Source of the DNA: Octopus bimaculoides
Taxonomy: Eukaryota
Reading direction: 5' to 3'
Assembly: GCF_001194135.2 (NCBI RefSeq)
Contig: NC_068995.1
Location: 15,720,948-15,784,947 of the forward strand
DNA length: 64,000 bases
Part shown: one piece after another, positions 11,650-24,320 of the stretch
Layout of the letters: every line of letters begins with the position of its first letter
Numbering within the stretch: the stretch's first letter is position 1
The notes under the pieces: model-generated
Told to the model about the DNA's origin: nothing
Seen by the model: the letters and a program-made list of their open reading frames with translations, nothing else
The model's database searches: none
Program-made: the position numbers and the translations under genes

Positions 11650-11985
11650 TGATGATGATGGTGATGATCATATTGCTGCTGCTGATTTAGATGACGCTAG
11701 AGATCATGATTCTAATCACTCAATGGTAAGGATGGTAATGCTAATAAGAACGGTGATGCTGCTGTTGATGATGCTAATAGTGATGAATATGTGATGTTGC
11801 TGATGATGGTGATGGTGGTGATCGTAATGATGGTGATGGTGGTGATCGTAATGATGGCGACGATACGATGATTGCGACGATGTCGAATATGTAATGATGC
11901 TGATGATTGCAATGGTCATGATGATGATAGCGATGGACCTGTTGGTTATAGTGATATTGATGCTGATGCTGACAAAATTGTGAAA
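11650..11985. repeat. Low-complexity (GAT/GGT/GCT)n trinucleotide region
   Basis: Runs of gatgatggtgatg and gctgatgat. These generate the His/Ile-rich pseudo-ORFs. Confidence 0.9.
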
Positions 11986-12389
11986 GCGATCTTGTATGTG
12001 TATGTATGTATGTGTGTAGGAGCGCGTGAGAAAGAGGGAGAGAAAGAAAAGAGGCTGCGGCGGAGAATTTCTAGAACTCTTGTAGTGTCTCTTCTTGACG
12101 AGAGTCAGAGACAAATGGATGAGGTTAATAAGATTAATGCCGCTGATCTTCTAAAATTCAATGGCTGCTGCAACCAGAGAGGATGAAGTGCACTCTGCTT
12201 GAGGAAAGAACGATTGGATATTGTGTTTAGTTTGAGTTCTAGGTAAGGGTGACACAGACCGACTAGAGTAGAAAGAATGGGGAATCAAGTAGATTTAATA
12301 TATATTTCTTTTGAGGAATCAGTTTTAAGGAGGTTTTGCGTCCTGTGTATATCTGTATGGATGATAACCATTTGTACTAAAGGTCTGAA

Positions 12390-12535
12390 ATTTTGGAGGA
12401 GAGAAGTAATCGATTACGTCGCCCCAGGTAAAGTCGACTTCGGCGGAATTTGAACTCAGAGCTTAAAGACGAGCGAAATACCACTATGCACTTACTCTGG
12501 TATGCTGATGATTTCGCCAGCTTTGCCGCCTTTTC
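12390..12535 (-). mobile_element. SINE family A (internally deleted)
   Basis: aaagtcgacttcggcggaatttgaactcagagc...gatttcgccagctttgccgcc. Confidence 0.7.
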
Positions 12536-13633
12536 TGTATTAAAGATGATGTCAGTGGTGATGAGGATGAGGAGGGTTCTGTCGAGTGACTGGTTTGGGG
12601 AATGAGCTTAGTTTAGGTTTTAGACGAGGAAACATAGAAAGAAAGAGGAATAAAAAGTGCAGGTGAAACAGGCAGATTCAAGTGGCGTGGGAGAAGTGAA
12701 AGGAACATATATAGATAAGAGTTCCTGTATTAAAGTTACTCAAGAATGAGAAGCTGATTGTTGTTTCAGCCTACAGGTTAGCCCTGTAAAGGAGACAGAT
12801 AAAGGACGAAAATTGTGACTGGCTCGTTTCGTTTTTCAGGAACAGTATATCTAGGACTACATTATTCAATAGTGTCTGTCTGTTAGTGCTTTGAAAAAGA
12901 GATTTCAAGGAGATTTGGCTGCTTTTGTTTACAGATCGAGCAAACGTAAAGGGCTCCCTCGGTGTTTTGAAGGTAAGATTGAGCCTGCCTGCCTGCCTGC
13001 CTGCCTGTGTGTACGAGATTAATAAAATCAAAGTCTATGTGGTCGTTGTTGGTTTTGCTTTAAGGTCAACTGATTGGACAGAGGCATGGTCAAAAGCATT
13101 CTTTTCATCTATCCTTTCATTTACCTGGTATTACGATATACAATGTGACCTTCATTTTTGAAGACAGAATGCTGCTATTTTATGAAATTTAGTAGCTACT
13201 TCAAGCGGGTCGAACGACCACATACAAGCTCATTCTTCGTTTCGCAGAATTGAGGTAATCTCAAAATCAGCATTCCTGCTGATAACCCCTATTTCATTCA
13301 CCCCTACTTTAAGTCGATAACAACTTTTTAAAAAGCATTAAGATCACATAATCATCGTAACTCCCTCATATTAATGTTAGAAAATATGTCTCAGCTAGAA
13401 ATCAATATAATAGTTGTATTTTCGCAACAAACCTATGTTAGCTACTCGTACAATTCTGTAATAATAGGTTACCAAATGTTTTCATAGCAACCAGAGCGTT
13501 CGATGTAAGGAGGAATAAAAGAATCAGAACCAAAACTAAAAACCACATCGTTTGACAAATGGGATAAGAATTACCACAAATCGCATATAAACTGTTCATA
13601 CGAAGATATACATGATCATGTATGTATGTATAC

Positions 13634-13681
<48 letters not shown>

Positions 13682-14378
13682 NNNNNNNNNNNNNNNNNNN
13701 NNNNNNNNNNNNNNNNNNNNNNNNNNNNNNNNNNNNNNNNNNNNNNNNNNNNNNNNNNNNNNNNNNNNNNNNNNNNNNNNNNNNNNNNNNNNNNNNNNNN
13801 NNAATTCATATTCATATGAACAAGTATATATATATATATTGTTGTATATATTATTTAGTATATTATATTACATGTACACATAGAAGGGCTTACTTATATA
13901 AAGACACGCACACTAACACACATACCATACACACATATACTTGTACAGAGAGAAATAATATATATGAGTGGTAGATTATTTATGTTGATGGAATATAGAT
14001 TAGTGGGTGGCTAAAGAGTTAGTATGACTTGTAAGACAAAAATATTTGCAAGGTTACACAAAATTCCAAGACATTTGTTATGTGAAGTGAATAAATAACA
14101 TATGCTCATATTAACGAAGGTAGAAGGTCTCGGAGGGTGGGCGTCGGGTGAAGCAGTTGACAACTCTCATTTGCAACGACTCTGAGAAACTGGAAGTGAA
14201 AGAGTTATCTGCATCTATCTGGAGAAGACTGACAGGTTGTTAACAGAACGCCTGGAATAGTAATTAGAGATCTCATTGCAAGACCTGTGACGTAAGCTAA
14301 TCTAAACATCTGTGTTGAGATGACAGTGCTATTAAATGTATATTTAAATATACATTCAATATTTGGAAAACGGAAGAA

Positions 14379-14590
14379 GGTGACGAGCTGGCAAAAACGT
14401 TAGCACGCAGGACAAAATGCTTAGTGGTATTTCATCCGTTTTTACGTTTTGAGTTCAAATTCCGTGGAGGTGGACTATGCCCTTCATCCTTTCTAGGTCG
14501 ATAAAATAAGTATCAGTTGAGCACTGGGGATGATATAATCGACTTACTCCTGCTCCGAAATCGCTGGCCTTGTGCCAAAATTTGTAATCA
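14379..14590 (+). mobile_element. SINE family A
   Basis: ggtgacgagctggcaaaaacgttagcacg...gagttcaaattccgtggaggtggact...gtcgataaaataagta. Confidence 0.8.
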
Positions 14591-14764
14591 ATATTTAGAA
14601 AACAGTGGTTTAGTGTGATCACTACACTGACGGACAAAATACCTTAAAACCGGCCCTGGCTATATTAGACCTGCCCATGATGACGCGCAGTGTGACCGGA
14701 CCTGAAATCACAGCCATGTCAGTGGAAATATATATATCGTTTGTCATATATTGGCGAACGATAC

Positions 14765-14986
14765 TGTTGTTGGCACTCCGTCGCTTACGACGTCGAGAGT
14801 TCCAGTTGAACCGATCAACGGAACAGCCTCCTCTTGAAATTAACGTGCAAGTGGCTGAGCACTCCACAGACACGTGTACCCTTAACGTAATTCTCGGGGA
14901 TATTCAGCATGACACAGTGTGACAAGGCTGACTCTTTGAATTACAGGCACAACAGAAACAGGAAGTAATAGTGAGATAAAGTTGTG
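14765..14986 (-). mobile_element. SINE family C, 3' part (5' part lost in gap)
   Basis: Near-identical to the reverse complement of 30060-30280 (ttggcactccgtcgcttacgacg...gtgacaaggctgac). Confidence 0.85.
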
Positions 14987-15847
14987 NNNNNNNNNNNNNN
15001 NNNNNNNNNNNNNNNNNNNNNNNNNNNNNNNNNNNNNNNNNNNNNNNNNNNNNNNNNNNNNNNNNNNNNNNNNNNNNNNNNNNNNNNNNNNNNNNNNNNN
15101 NNNNNNNNNNNNNNNNNNNNNNNNNNNNNNNNNNNNNNNNNNNNNNNNNNNNNNNNNNNNNNNNNNNNNNNNNNNNNNNNNNNNNNNNNNNNNNNNNNNN
15201 NNNNNNNNNNNNNNNNNNNNNNNNNNNNNNNNNNNNNNNNNNNNNNNNNNNNNNNNNNNNNNNNNNNNNNNNNNNNNNNNNNNNNNNNNNNNNNNNNNNN
15301 NNNNNNNNNNNNNNNNNNNNNNNNNNNNNNNNNNNNNNNNNNNNNNNNNNNNNNNNNNNNNNNNNNNNNNNNNNNNNNNNNNNNNNNNNNNNNNNNNNNN
15401 NNNNNNNNNNNNNNNNNNNNNNNNNNNNNNNNNNNNNNNNNNNNNNNNNNNNNNNNNNNNNNNNNNNNNNNNNNNNNNNNNNNNNNNNNNNNNNNNNNNN
15501 NNNNNNNNNNNNNNNNNNNNNNNNNNNNNNNNNNNNNNNNNNNNNNNNNNNNNNNNNNNNNNNNNNNNNNNNNNNNNNNNNNNNNNNNNNNNNNNNNNNN
15601 NNNNNNNNNNNNNNNNNNNNNNNNNNNNNNNNNNNNNNNNNNNNNNNNNNNNNNNNNNNNNNNNNNNNNNNNNNNNNNNNNNNNNNNNNNNNNNNNNNNN
15701 NNNNNNNNNNNNNNNNNNNNNNNNNNNNNNNNNNNNNNNNNNNNNNNNNNNNNNNNNNNNNNNNNNNNNNNNNNNNNNNNNNNNNNNNNNNNNNNNNNNN
15801 NNNNNNNNNNNNNNNNNNNNNNNNNNNNNNNNNNNNNNNNNNNNNNN
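14987..15847. other. Assembly gap (largest). Other gaps: 3124-3133, 13682-13802, 17634-17643, 19552-19607, ~29127-29135, 46507-46940, 57175-57778, 58508-58903, 60266-60730
   Basis: N runs, mostly flanked by (TA)n. Confidence 0.99.
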
Positions 15848-15888
<41 letters not shown>

Positions 15889-17237
15889 ATGTGTGTATAT
15901 ATATATATATAAATGCATCTGTTTATATATACAGACATGCTCACATATATACACATACATGCATACATACATATATATCTGTCTGTCTGTCTGTCTATCT
16001 ACGCATTTTAAACACTAGTAAGTGGTTATATGGATATCATGAATAAACGAAAGATCACCCAATGCATTGTGTAATCTATATTTATTACCATAAAGTTCAT
16101 AGATATAATCACTTATAAGTGATTAAGATTCATGCGAAACTTGGACTTCATCAGCTGTATTTGATTCATTTTTCACTCACATTAGAACCTATTGCAGAAA
16201 AGCTTTTAGCATGAAACTTAAAGCCGTGGAATAGATGATATATTGGTGTATTATATCATAACATTAAAAATGATCATTTGTTTAAGGACTTCGTTTAGCA
16301 AACAAGTAGTTTTTCTAGTACAGCTGCTGTCTGATAACAAATACCGAAAGTTATAAGACAATATCTATCTGTCTCTCTATCTGTCTACTTATGTATCTCT
16401 CCATCTTCGTATCTATCTATCTATATATCTGTTTATTCCCATGAGCGAAGATTTTTGCGTGTGTTTCACAATAAAACAAATATAATTTTAATAAAACAAA
16501 ATGTTGATTTCTACTACACTCAGTTTATTTTTACACGTTTGCACGTGACTAAATTTACTAAATGTTCCTAATGGTATTTAACAACCTTTCAACAATAATA
16601 GTTTTCCAATTACGTACTAAATTAACCATCTCTGTCCTTGGAGTATATGATGGTTTTCCATTTCTCATTTTGAAATACCCCTGAAGCCTAAATGTTATTT
16701 TCTCGAAGTATCTCCAGACAATACTACTAACTACTTGCTGTTCAATAATATATTCCTGCTAAAGCAATTAATCCACATATGTACAAATGACAAAAAAAAA
16801 CCAAAAAAAAAACATCCACACTTTTTGTTTGTGTTTGTCACTCTCTCTTCCTCCCCCTGTCTCTCTCTCCTTCTCTCTGTCTTTTTCTTCTACACATGCA
16901 AAAATACATAAGATTTATTCTTTTCTATTATAACTGAACAGACAACGAAACTTGAATAAAAATAAACTAATATATTAAGTATGTCTCTTTTTTTTATGTT
17001 TGTCCCACACCACTGCTTAACAACCGGTGGTGCTGTGTTTGTATCCCCATAAATTAACATTTTAGGAAAAGAAACTGATAGAGTAATTAAGGAAGAAAAA
17101 TGCACATATAATTAAGGAAGAAAAATACACACATTTTACATAGTACTCATATATTTTTAGATATATTTTTATACTGTGTTTGTCGGCCGGTTTCGCTTTC
17201 GCTAATAAATGCCTCGTATTTATGTGTTAATCTTGGC

Positions 17238-17312
17238 TTTTCCGCTGATGATAGCCGACCTTACAAAATATTTCATTTTGCTAAAAATAGCTTGAAACCA
17301 TGGCCCGGAAAA
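17238..17312 (+). ncRNA. Hammerhead ribozyme motif, type I, with cleavage-triplet substitution
   Basis: UUUUCCG-CUGAUGA-uAGC...(caaaat/attttg internal stem)...GCUu-GAAAC-CAUG-GcC-CGGAAAA. Perfect 7-bp stem I and a palindromic CAUG loop III. GCC replaces GUC. Confidence 0.6.
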
Positions 17313-17591
17313 TAGATGGTAAATGTTTTTATTTTTCATTCCCTTTCGAAATTATCCCTAATTGTGGTTTGGAGTATTGACTGCTTCTTCTAGCGGGTTA
17401 GATGTCCTATAATAGACATCTCTCTGACGTGTTTAAAAGTACACTATGTATTTATATGAATAATATATAGTCTATTGACTAGTTTTTTCTTCTCACTAGA
17501 CCACTAGTAGCAAATAGAATTTCTAAAATTTTTTGCTGCCCTGAGATTTATTAATATATATATGTATATACATAACTGCGTGCGCGTGCGC

Positions 17592-17633
<42 letters not shown>

Positions 17634-17671
17634 NNNNNNNNNNACATACATACATATTTATATATATACGA

Positions 17672-17980
17672 GTGTAAAATGATAGATTTTAAAGAACCTT
17701 CGGATGCAGACATAAAAATGTTAAAACATCAGTGTATAGGTAAACATATTGGAGAATGTCTGAAGTGGTGTCGGAAACGAACTAAAAGATAGGAGGAGCG
17801 AAGGTAAAATTCAGGATAGTTAAAATTAGTTAAATTCATCCCAAATTTTATCCTTCGTTGTATCTTTTATTTCGTTTCCCTCACCACTTCAGACTTTCTC
17901 CAATATTTTTACCTAAACACGCAGGTCTTAAATTTTTTATGTCTTCATCCGAAGATTCTTTAAAATCTCTTACTTTACAC
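17672..17980. repeat. Long inverted repeat / foldback (arms ~135 bp, spacer ~35 bp)
   Basis: 17684 agattttaaagaaccttcggatgcagacataaaaa...cgaaggtaaaat 17810 pairs with 17845-17968. The ORF track shows mirrored peptides MSASEGSLKS and MSSSEDSLKS. Confidence 0.85.
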
Positions 17981-19515
17981 ATATTTTTAATAAATTCATT
18001 TACTTGTAGATTTAAAAAAATGTCTGTATTTATATATATTTAGTCTATCATGTACATTTGTCTTTTAAATCCATTTCTAATCGGAGTCATGTTTGCGAAT
18101 TGAATAACCAGGTCTATTGTTTCTTCACATTACATATTTATATCTTTCGTCTCAAGTTACTCTTGAGCATCTCTAAGTCCAAACCTCTACATTGTGAAAG
18201 AATTTCTAATCAATTTTCTTTTTCAAAACAATTATATATGAGCGTGTGTATGGAGCGAGCGAGATTGAGAGATAATGAGAGAGAGATAGAGAGAAAGATA
18301 GAGAGAGAAGGAGCGACAGAGAGATAAAGATACATATCCATAAATATACATATATGAGTGATAGGTAATACAGGCATAATTATATGTAAGGATGGTTTTG
18401 AAAATATACCGCTATGTTGAGATAATAAATTGCAATAGTCCAAAACACGTGATTACATGAAATATGATATGAACTATATCAGTTGTCTGTCTGACTCCAT
18501 CTCAAAGTTAAACTACAAAGATATATTAGTTACCACATTACGAGGATTCTGTATATCGGTAAGAGTTTAAATACGTTCTTAACTTCTAGTAGATAGCATT
18601 AGTTTACTTTGTCGTGCTTCAGTCTTTTTCCTCGAGACAGTTCAATTGTTGCAGAGAAGAATAGATCAATAGTACCAATTAGGCATTGCTGAAAGCAAGT
18701 TATTTCGAAAGGTTAAGCAACAAAGTCTATTTCGATAGTTTTTTTCTTTTTCTTTTTGCTTTACTGTGCTGGAGAACAATTTTTGAAATTCCTAGCAGGA
18801 TACCCAGCGTTTCCCGGGAAATAAAATACTCTGTATGTGTCCAATTTGTTGAAAGAGAATTATGGTAATTCTGGTGGAATTTATTCTTCCAGGCACAATG
18901 TTTATATTCTTTATAATAGAAATACATGGTTCATTTGATTTTGTAAAGTTTTTGCTTACGTTTCAATAAGCTGTTATAATAGGCAATAACCACAAAGGTA
19001 TTCTGGCCGTAACGATCTAATCAATATATATTTTAATTACAGACAATATGCGTAAAATATAGGTCGATATAGAATAAACTTAATATCGCCTAATATATGA
19101 ATAATCTATAGAAAATATATAACGTTTATTTATATATAATAAATGGTAAATTCACTAAAGTGTCGGCCTTGTAGACTTTTCTTTTACGTGTTTTAACATT
19201 CGGTAATCAAACACTACGGAGGTCATCTTTGCCTTTCATCCTTGCGAATTGGTTATGCTAAGCACTAGGTAAGTATTGGTGTCGATTTAAATAACTCGCT
19301 TACTCTCCAAAATTTCGGCATTGTGTCTATGTTAGAAAAATATATGAATATTTGTACATAGACATATGAAAGTCAGAATGATGATGGTAGCAGAGGACAC
19401 TGAAAATGAAAACCCTTGTTTTCCTAGCTACATTATATCTGAAAGAAAACTGGGCGGTTACGACCGAAATACCATTATGTTATCTCCTATTAAAGTGGAT
19501 AATTGAAACAAGTGC

Positions 19516-19551
<36 letters not shown>

Positions 19552-19671
19552 NNNNNNNNNNNNNNNNNNNNNNNNNNNNNNNNNNNNNNNNNNNNNNNNN
19601 NNNNNNNATCTGTTTATCACCCCATGAGACATATCTGTACTACCGGATGCTCATGAACCAGTTTAGTGTCC

Positions 19672-19716
19672 TACCTGTGAGGGATTGATGCTAGATGTGT
19701 CGAAACAATTGTTGTG
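19672..19716 (+). ncRNA. Degenerate hammerhead-like motif
   Basis: UAC-CUG_UGA-gg-GAU...GUC-GAAAC-AAUU-GUU-GUG. One-nucleotide core deletion, weak stems I and II, but a palindromic ACAAUUGU stem III. Confidence 0.35.
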
Positions 19717-19835
19717 ATTAATAATAACTTCTCGTATATTCCATCTTCCGTCTATCATTTATCATATATATATATAATCGAAACTGTGCCGGCACCTTAC
19801 TCATCTTCCATTTATACATTTTGTACAATTTCTCC

Positions 19836-19884
<49 letters not shown>

Positions 19885-20110
19885 CGTGGTACTTTGTCAG
19901 TTATGACGTCGAGGGTTGCAGTTGATCTGATCAACGGAACAGCCTGCTCATAAATTTAACGTGCAAGTGGTTGAGCACTCCGCAGCGGCATTTATCCTTA
20001 ACGTAGTTCACGGTGAGGTTCAGCGTGACACAGAGTTTGACAAGGCTGGCCTTTGAAATACAGGTAGAATAGAAACAGGAAGAAAGAGTGAGAGAAAGTT
20101 GTGGTGAAAG
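19885..20110 (-). mobile_element. SINE family C, 3' part
   Basis: gatcaacggaacagcctgctc...gtgacacagagtttgacaaggctggcc...gagtgagagaaagttgtggtg matches the reverse complement of 30050-30270. Confidence 0.8.
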
Positions 20111-22249
20111 AGGACAGCGGAAAGACTAAATGGACATTTGAGACAATAAGACGACAAAAACAATCCTCCATACTCTATTCAACATGCCAAGGACCAACAT
20201 GGAGGCAACCTGGGTCACCTTGACATCTGCATTTTATCCATGCACCAAAAGAACCCAACACTCAGACAAATACAGGATACGTCCTCATAAATGAAACATT
20301 CCCAGTACTAAATAGGAAATATACGTAGTAGGTAATCATACCCCGATACCCACAGTTTATATTTGTATACAGGCAGATCAGTTAGTGGACTGTTAAGTAG
20401 ATGTGTGAGTGCGTATATATGCATACGTATATGAATGTGCACATGTAGGGAAATGGATATGAATGTAAACAGATAGACATAAAGACGGATAGGTACATAA
20501 GTAATATGATCAGACAAGCACACATGCACACACATACGCAAATGAAAACTGAAACACGTGACCATTACACTCGTACTTCACAGAAGGACACATATGGAGA
20601 AACACATCCATACATACAGCCACAGTACATAGTCACAAAAGCCCACGCACAGACACACTCAGATATGTACACACAAGGAGACAGAGGTACACACACACAC
20701 ACACAGAAAAACGAACACACAAATACATGAATATATACATACGCATACACACATACATACACTTGCATGCATAAATGCATACATACATACATACATGTGT
20801 ATGCGCACGCACACTGACCAACACACATGCGTGTGTTAAATAATAAGGCACTAAAAGAGAATGACTCTCCCCAGACAACAAAATATGCTTCAAAACACGA
20901 ACTCACACAAAGAATCTTGCAAACCAAATCCCAAAACAAAGTATACATATATATCATCGTTATTATCATTTTTTAAGCAAGCTACTGCTTGTATGACAGC
21001 GACAATCATTTACAACTACCGTGTGATGCCAAGACAAAGAGATATAGAAGATAAAATGAAGTAGGTGAGACAAGAAGAAACGCATAGGACTGAAAATCGC
21101 TGAAGAGGTCACAGAATGTGTGGCAAAAGAAAGCTGACAAAGAAACTAAAAAAATAAATTTTTGAGGTAATTTATTAAAATTTACATTTTATAAAGAAAT
21201 ATAATATTTATTCACTTATCATGCAGAAAGACAACTTTCTAGTGGAAAATAGAAGTGAAAAATAGAAGTGGAAACATTTTTCGTTTAGCGTTTTGTTTAT
21301 TCTTTTATTTGTTTCAGTCTTTGGATTGCGGTCATGCTGGGGCACCGACATGATGGCTTTAGTCGAACAAGTCGACTTCAGGAATTATATTTTTCAGTGT
21401 TCTAAATATGTTCCTCTATCGGAAGCTTTTGCTGAAGCACTAGTTTATGAGCACATAAACAAACCAAAACCCGTTATCAAACATACGCGCGCAAGCACAC
21501 ACACACACACCGGCTTCTACAGTGTTACACTGCATCTGATTCACTAAGCAATGGTCGGTCAAGCTCTACACTAGAAAACACTCACTTATGGAGCCCCGCA
21601 ATGATACTAAACTCGAAAGAACGAAGCTAACGTGTTAACAAAGCTAACGCCTGCTGCGTAGTTAAAACACCTATGTTTAACGCAAAATGAGTTATTTACG
21701 AGAAATTTAAGAGCAAACTGACCTTGCTTTGGAAGTTCACTAATTTGTATCTGTTGAATACAATTTATTTCACTGTAGTTTTCATCGTGTATTTCATATA
21801 TAAGTATCTTTGTACACTATAAGCGGTATATCTACATAAAGTAGATTGTAAATATATAATGATCGTATCTTAGATGACAATCATTAAACGCGGGAAGCTA
21901 AATTATTAGTCTCCTTATTAATAATTGCTTATAATTTTGTATTTGTTTATATCCGTTTAAAGTGATCAAAAGATCGTTTTAGTGCGTAATTACCATACTT
22001 AGTAATTATATATGTGTATATTAAGCTAAATTCTAGAAAACCGGAAAATACAGATGTCTGATTCACTTTAAACGCTTTCGTACTGTATTATATCAATGCC
22101 TTTCAATCATTTATGATTCAGGTATTTAGGAATTTGGAAGTTTTTACTTTGCAGTATCTATTTTTATTTTATTTCTCATTAACGTTCAAGCGAGACGATA
22201 TTTAATGAACGAACATCGATTGAAGACTTGCAATATACCGCTTCCATAA

Positions 22250-22665
22250 CACACATACACGCACATTTATATATAAACATATACATATATACACACATAT
22301 ATATATAGATAGATACATATATATATATATATATATATAGATACATATAAATAGATAGATACATACATATATATACACATATATACACACATATATACAC
22401 ATATATACATATTTACACACATATATACAAACATACACATATGCATAAAAACATATATACACACATATATACATATGTATATGTGTGTGTATATGTATAT
22501 ACATATGTATATATGTATGTATGTATATATATATATATATATATATACATACATAAATATATATATACATACATAAATATACGTACATATGCATACAAAT
22601 ATTCATGCATATATACATATACACATAAATATAGATACATACTTACATATAAATATATATGAGAG
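22250..22665. repeat. Compound (TA)/(CA)/(TACA) microsatellite
   Basis: Direct reading of the sequence. Confidence 0.95.
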
Positions 22666-22824
22666 TATGTGTGTGTTTGTGGGGGGGGGAGCGTTAATGG
22701 TCATAAAAACTAATCCAAAGATAATTAATTGGGAGGGTGAAATGAATGCCAGAATTTCAGGTGCAGGCACAGGAAAGCACCATTTTCAGCATTCTATCCT
22801 CAGAATGCGGTTTTTGTGCTTATC

Positions 22825-23130
22825 CTTGCGAAGGCATGTGGCCTCGGGGTTAGGGTATTCGGCTCATGATCGTAAGGTGGTGAGTTCGGTTCCTGACGGC
22901 GCGTTTTGTCCTTGAGTCTGACACTTCATTTCACGTAGCTCCTGTCCACTCAGCTGGTAAAAATGATTTTCACCTGTAATTCAAAAAGTCCAGCCTTGTC
23001 ACATTCTGTGTCACGCTGAATCTTCTTGATAACTACGCTAAGGGTATGCGTGTCTGTAGAGTGCTCAATCGCTTGCGTGTTAATTTCACGAGCACGCCGG
23101 TCGTTGATCGGGTCATACATCGAAGTAACC
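22825..23130 (+). mobile_element. Chimeric SINE: family E head joined to the family C body
   Basis: Head gtggcctcggggttagg...gagttcggttcc...acacttcatttcacg, followed by cagccttgtcacattctgtgtcacgctgaatc, a body shared with 30116-30270. Confidence 0.65.
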
Positions 23131-23144
23131 GACGGAGCCCCAGT

Positions 23145-23560
23145 TATGTTCTTATCCTTACGTATGGTCATAATTGCTGGGTAATGACAGAAAGCGTACG
23201 ATTGCGAATATAAGCGGCCGAAATGGGTTTCTTCTGTAGAACCTCTGGACAGAATGCGTAGTTCGGAGATCAGAGAGTCTCTCCAGAACAAACCACTATT
23301 TTTTTCGCGCACCGAGAGATCACATCAACGCTACTACGTGCATGTGGTTAGGATACTGTTGGAAAAGATCGCAATGCAGATTTTTCAAACCGTGCCAACC
23401 AGCAGAATACACAGACATAGATGAAGAACAAGATGGTTGGATAACACCCACAATCTCACTTAGTCACACTTGGGAATCCAGCAAGAAAGTATAATGGTGG
23501 TTGATTCTGATATGGCTCTTAGGAAGAGGCGCCTGTAGATTGTTCTCGAGAGTAGTGGAT
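23145..23560 (+). pseudogene. RTE-clade LINE ORF2 C-terminal fragment
   Basis: Translates LILTYGHNCWVMTESVRLRI*AAEMGFFCR...RTRWLDN, matching the RTE pattern P-x-LTYG-x-E-x-W...AAEM-x-FLRR...RPRTRW-x-D. Has stops and frameshifts. Confidence 0.8.
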
Positions 23561-23844
23561 TGCGTTAATGGACGGAGGGATAAAGTCATTATAAAACGTT
23601 TATGAAACTTTTGTGTTATACAGATTAAAATTGACGAAGCTAGTTGCGCATGTATGATATCACGATTCTGCCAATGCGGCGAGTTAATTTATCACCCTTA
23701 TAAGCAGGCACACACGTATATACATTATATATATATATAAACAGGATTTGACGTATCTCGGGAGTTTCATAATGCCAATAATTATCGTTGACATTATGAC
23801 ACTCGCCAGATACAACAAAATCTGTTTCAACATACGTGTTCACA

Positions 23845-24000
23845 TTAGGAATTATGGCTGTGCGGTGAGAATTTTGCTACCCAGTCACATTGTTCCTGGT
23901 TTAGTTCCACTTCGTGGACCCTTGGGCATGTGTCTTCTACCACATCGTAGAGCCATCTAAAGCCTTGTAAGTGGATTTGGTAGAAGCCCTTCAGAAATCA
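23845..24000 (+). mobile_element. SINE family B head
   Basis: tatggctgtgcggtgagaatt...ggtttagttccac...cttgggcatgtgtcttcta...aagccttgtaagtggatttggtag. Confidence 0.7.
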
Positions 24001-24109
24001 TATATATATAACAAAAGAGGAGGTTTATTTTCACGCAGGAAATAAACTGCTGGTCATCAGCCAAAATTGGAAACCTTTATTATTATTATTATTATTATTT
24101 ATTATTACT

Positions 24110-24320
24110 AAATGCAGCCAGTTAGCAAAAGCATTAGGATGACGGGTGAAATGCTTCGCGGCATTTCGCCTGTCCTTATATTCTGAGTTCAAATCCCACC
24201 GAAGTCGATTTTGCTTTTCATTCTTTCGGGGTAGATAAATTAAGTACCAGTGAAACAAATGGGTCGATATAATGGACTATCCCCCCTCTCCGCAAATTTC
24301 AGGGCTTGTACCTATTGTAG
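24110..24320 (+). mobile_element. SINE family A
   Basis: ctgagttcaaatcccaccgaagtcgattttgcttttcattctttcgggg. Confidence 0.75.

Noticed and set aside
11712-12186. His/Ile/Asp-rich ORFs
   Set aside because: Products of GAT/GGT trinucleotide low complexity, with no domain signature.
13438-16046. Long ORFs of 120-354 aa here and at 46.2-47.0, 57.0-57.8, 58.3-59.0 and 60.1-61.0 kb
   Set aside because: They are open only because they cross N gaps and (TA)n/(CA)n tracts (poly-X, YIYI, HTHT).
16131-16160. CTGATGA on the minus strand with GAAAC nearby
   Set aside because: GAAAC lies on the opposite strand, so no hammerhead topology is possible.
17175-17220. Minus-strand acgaggc...gcGAAACcgGCC upstream of the 17238 hammerhead
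   Set aside because: No CUGA core and only a 2-bp stem II.
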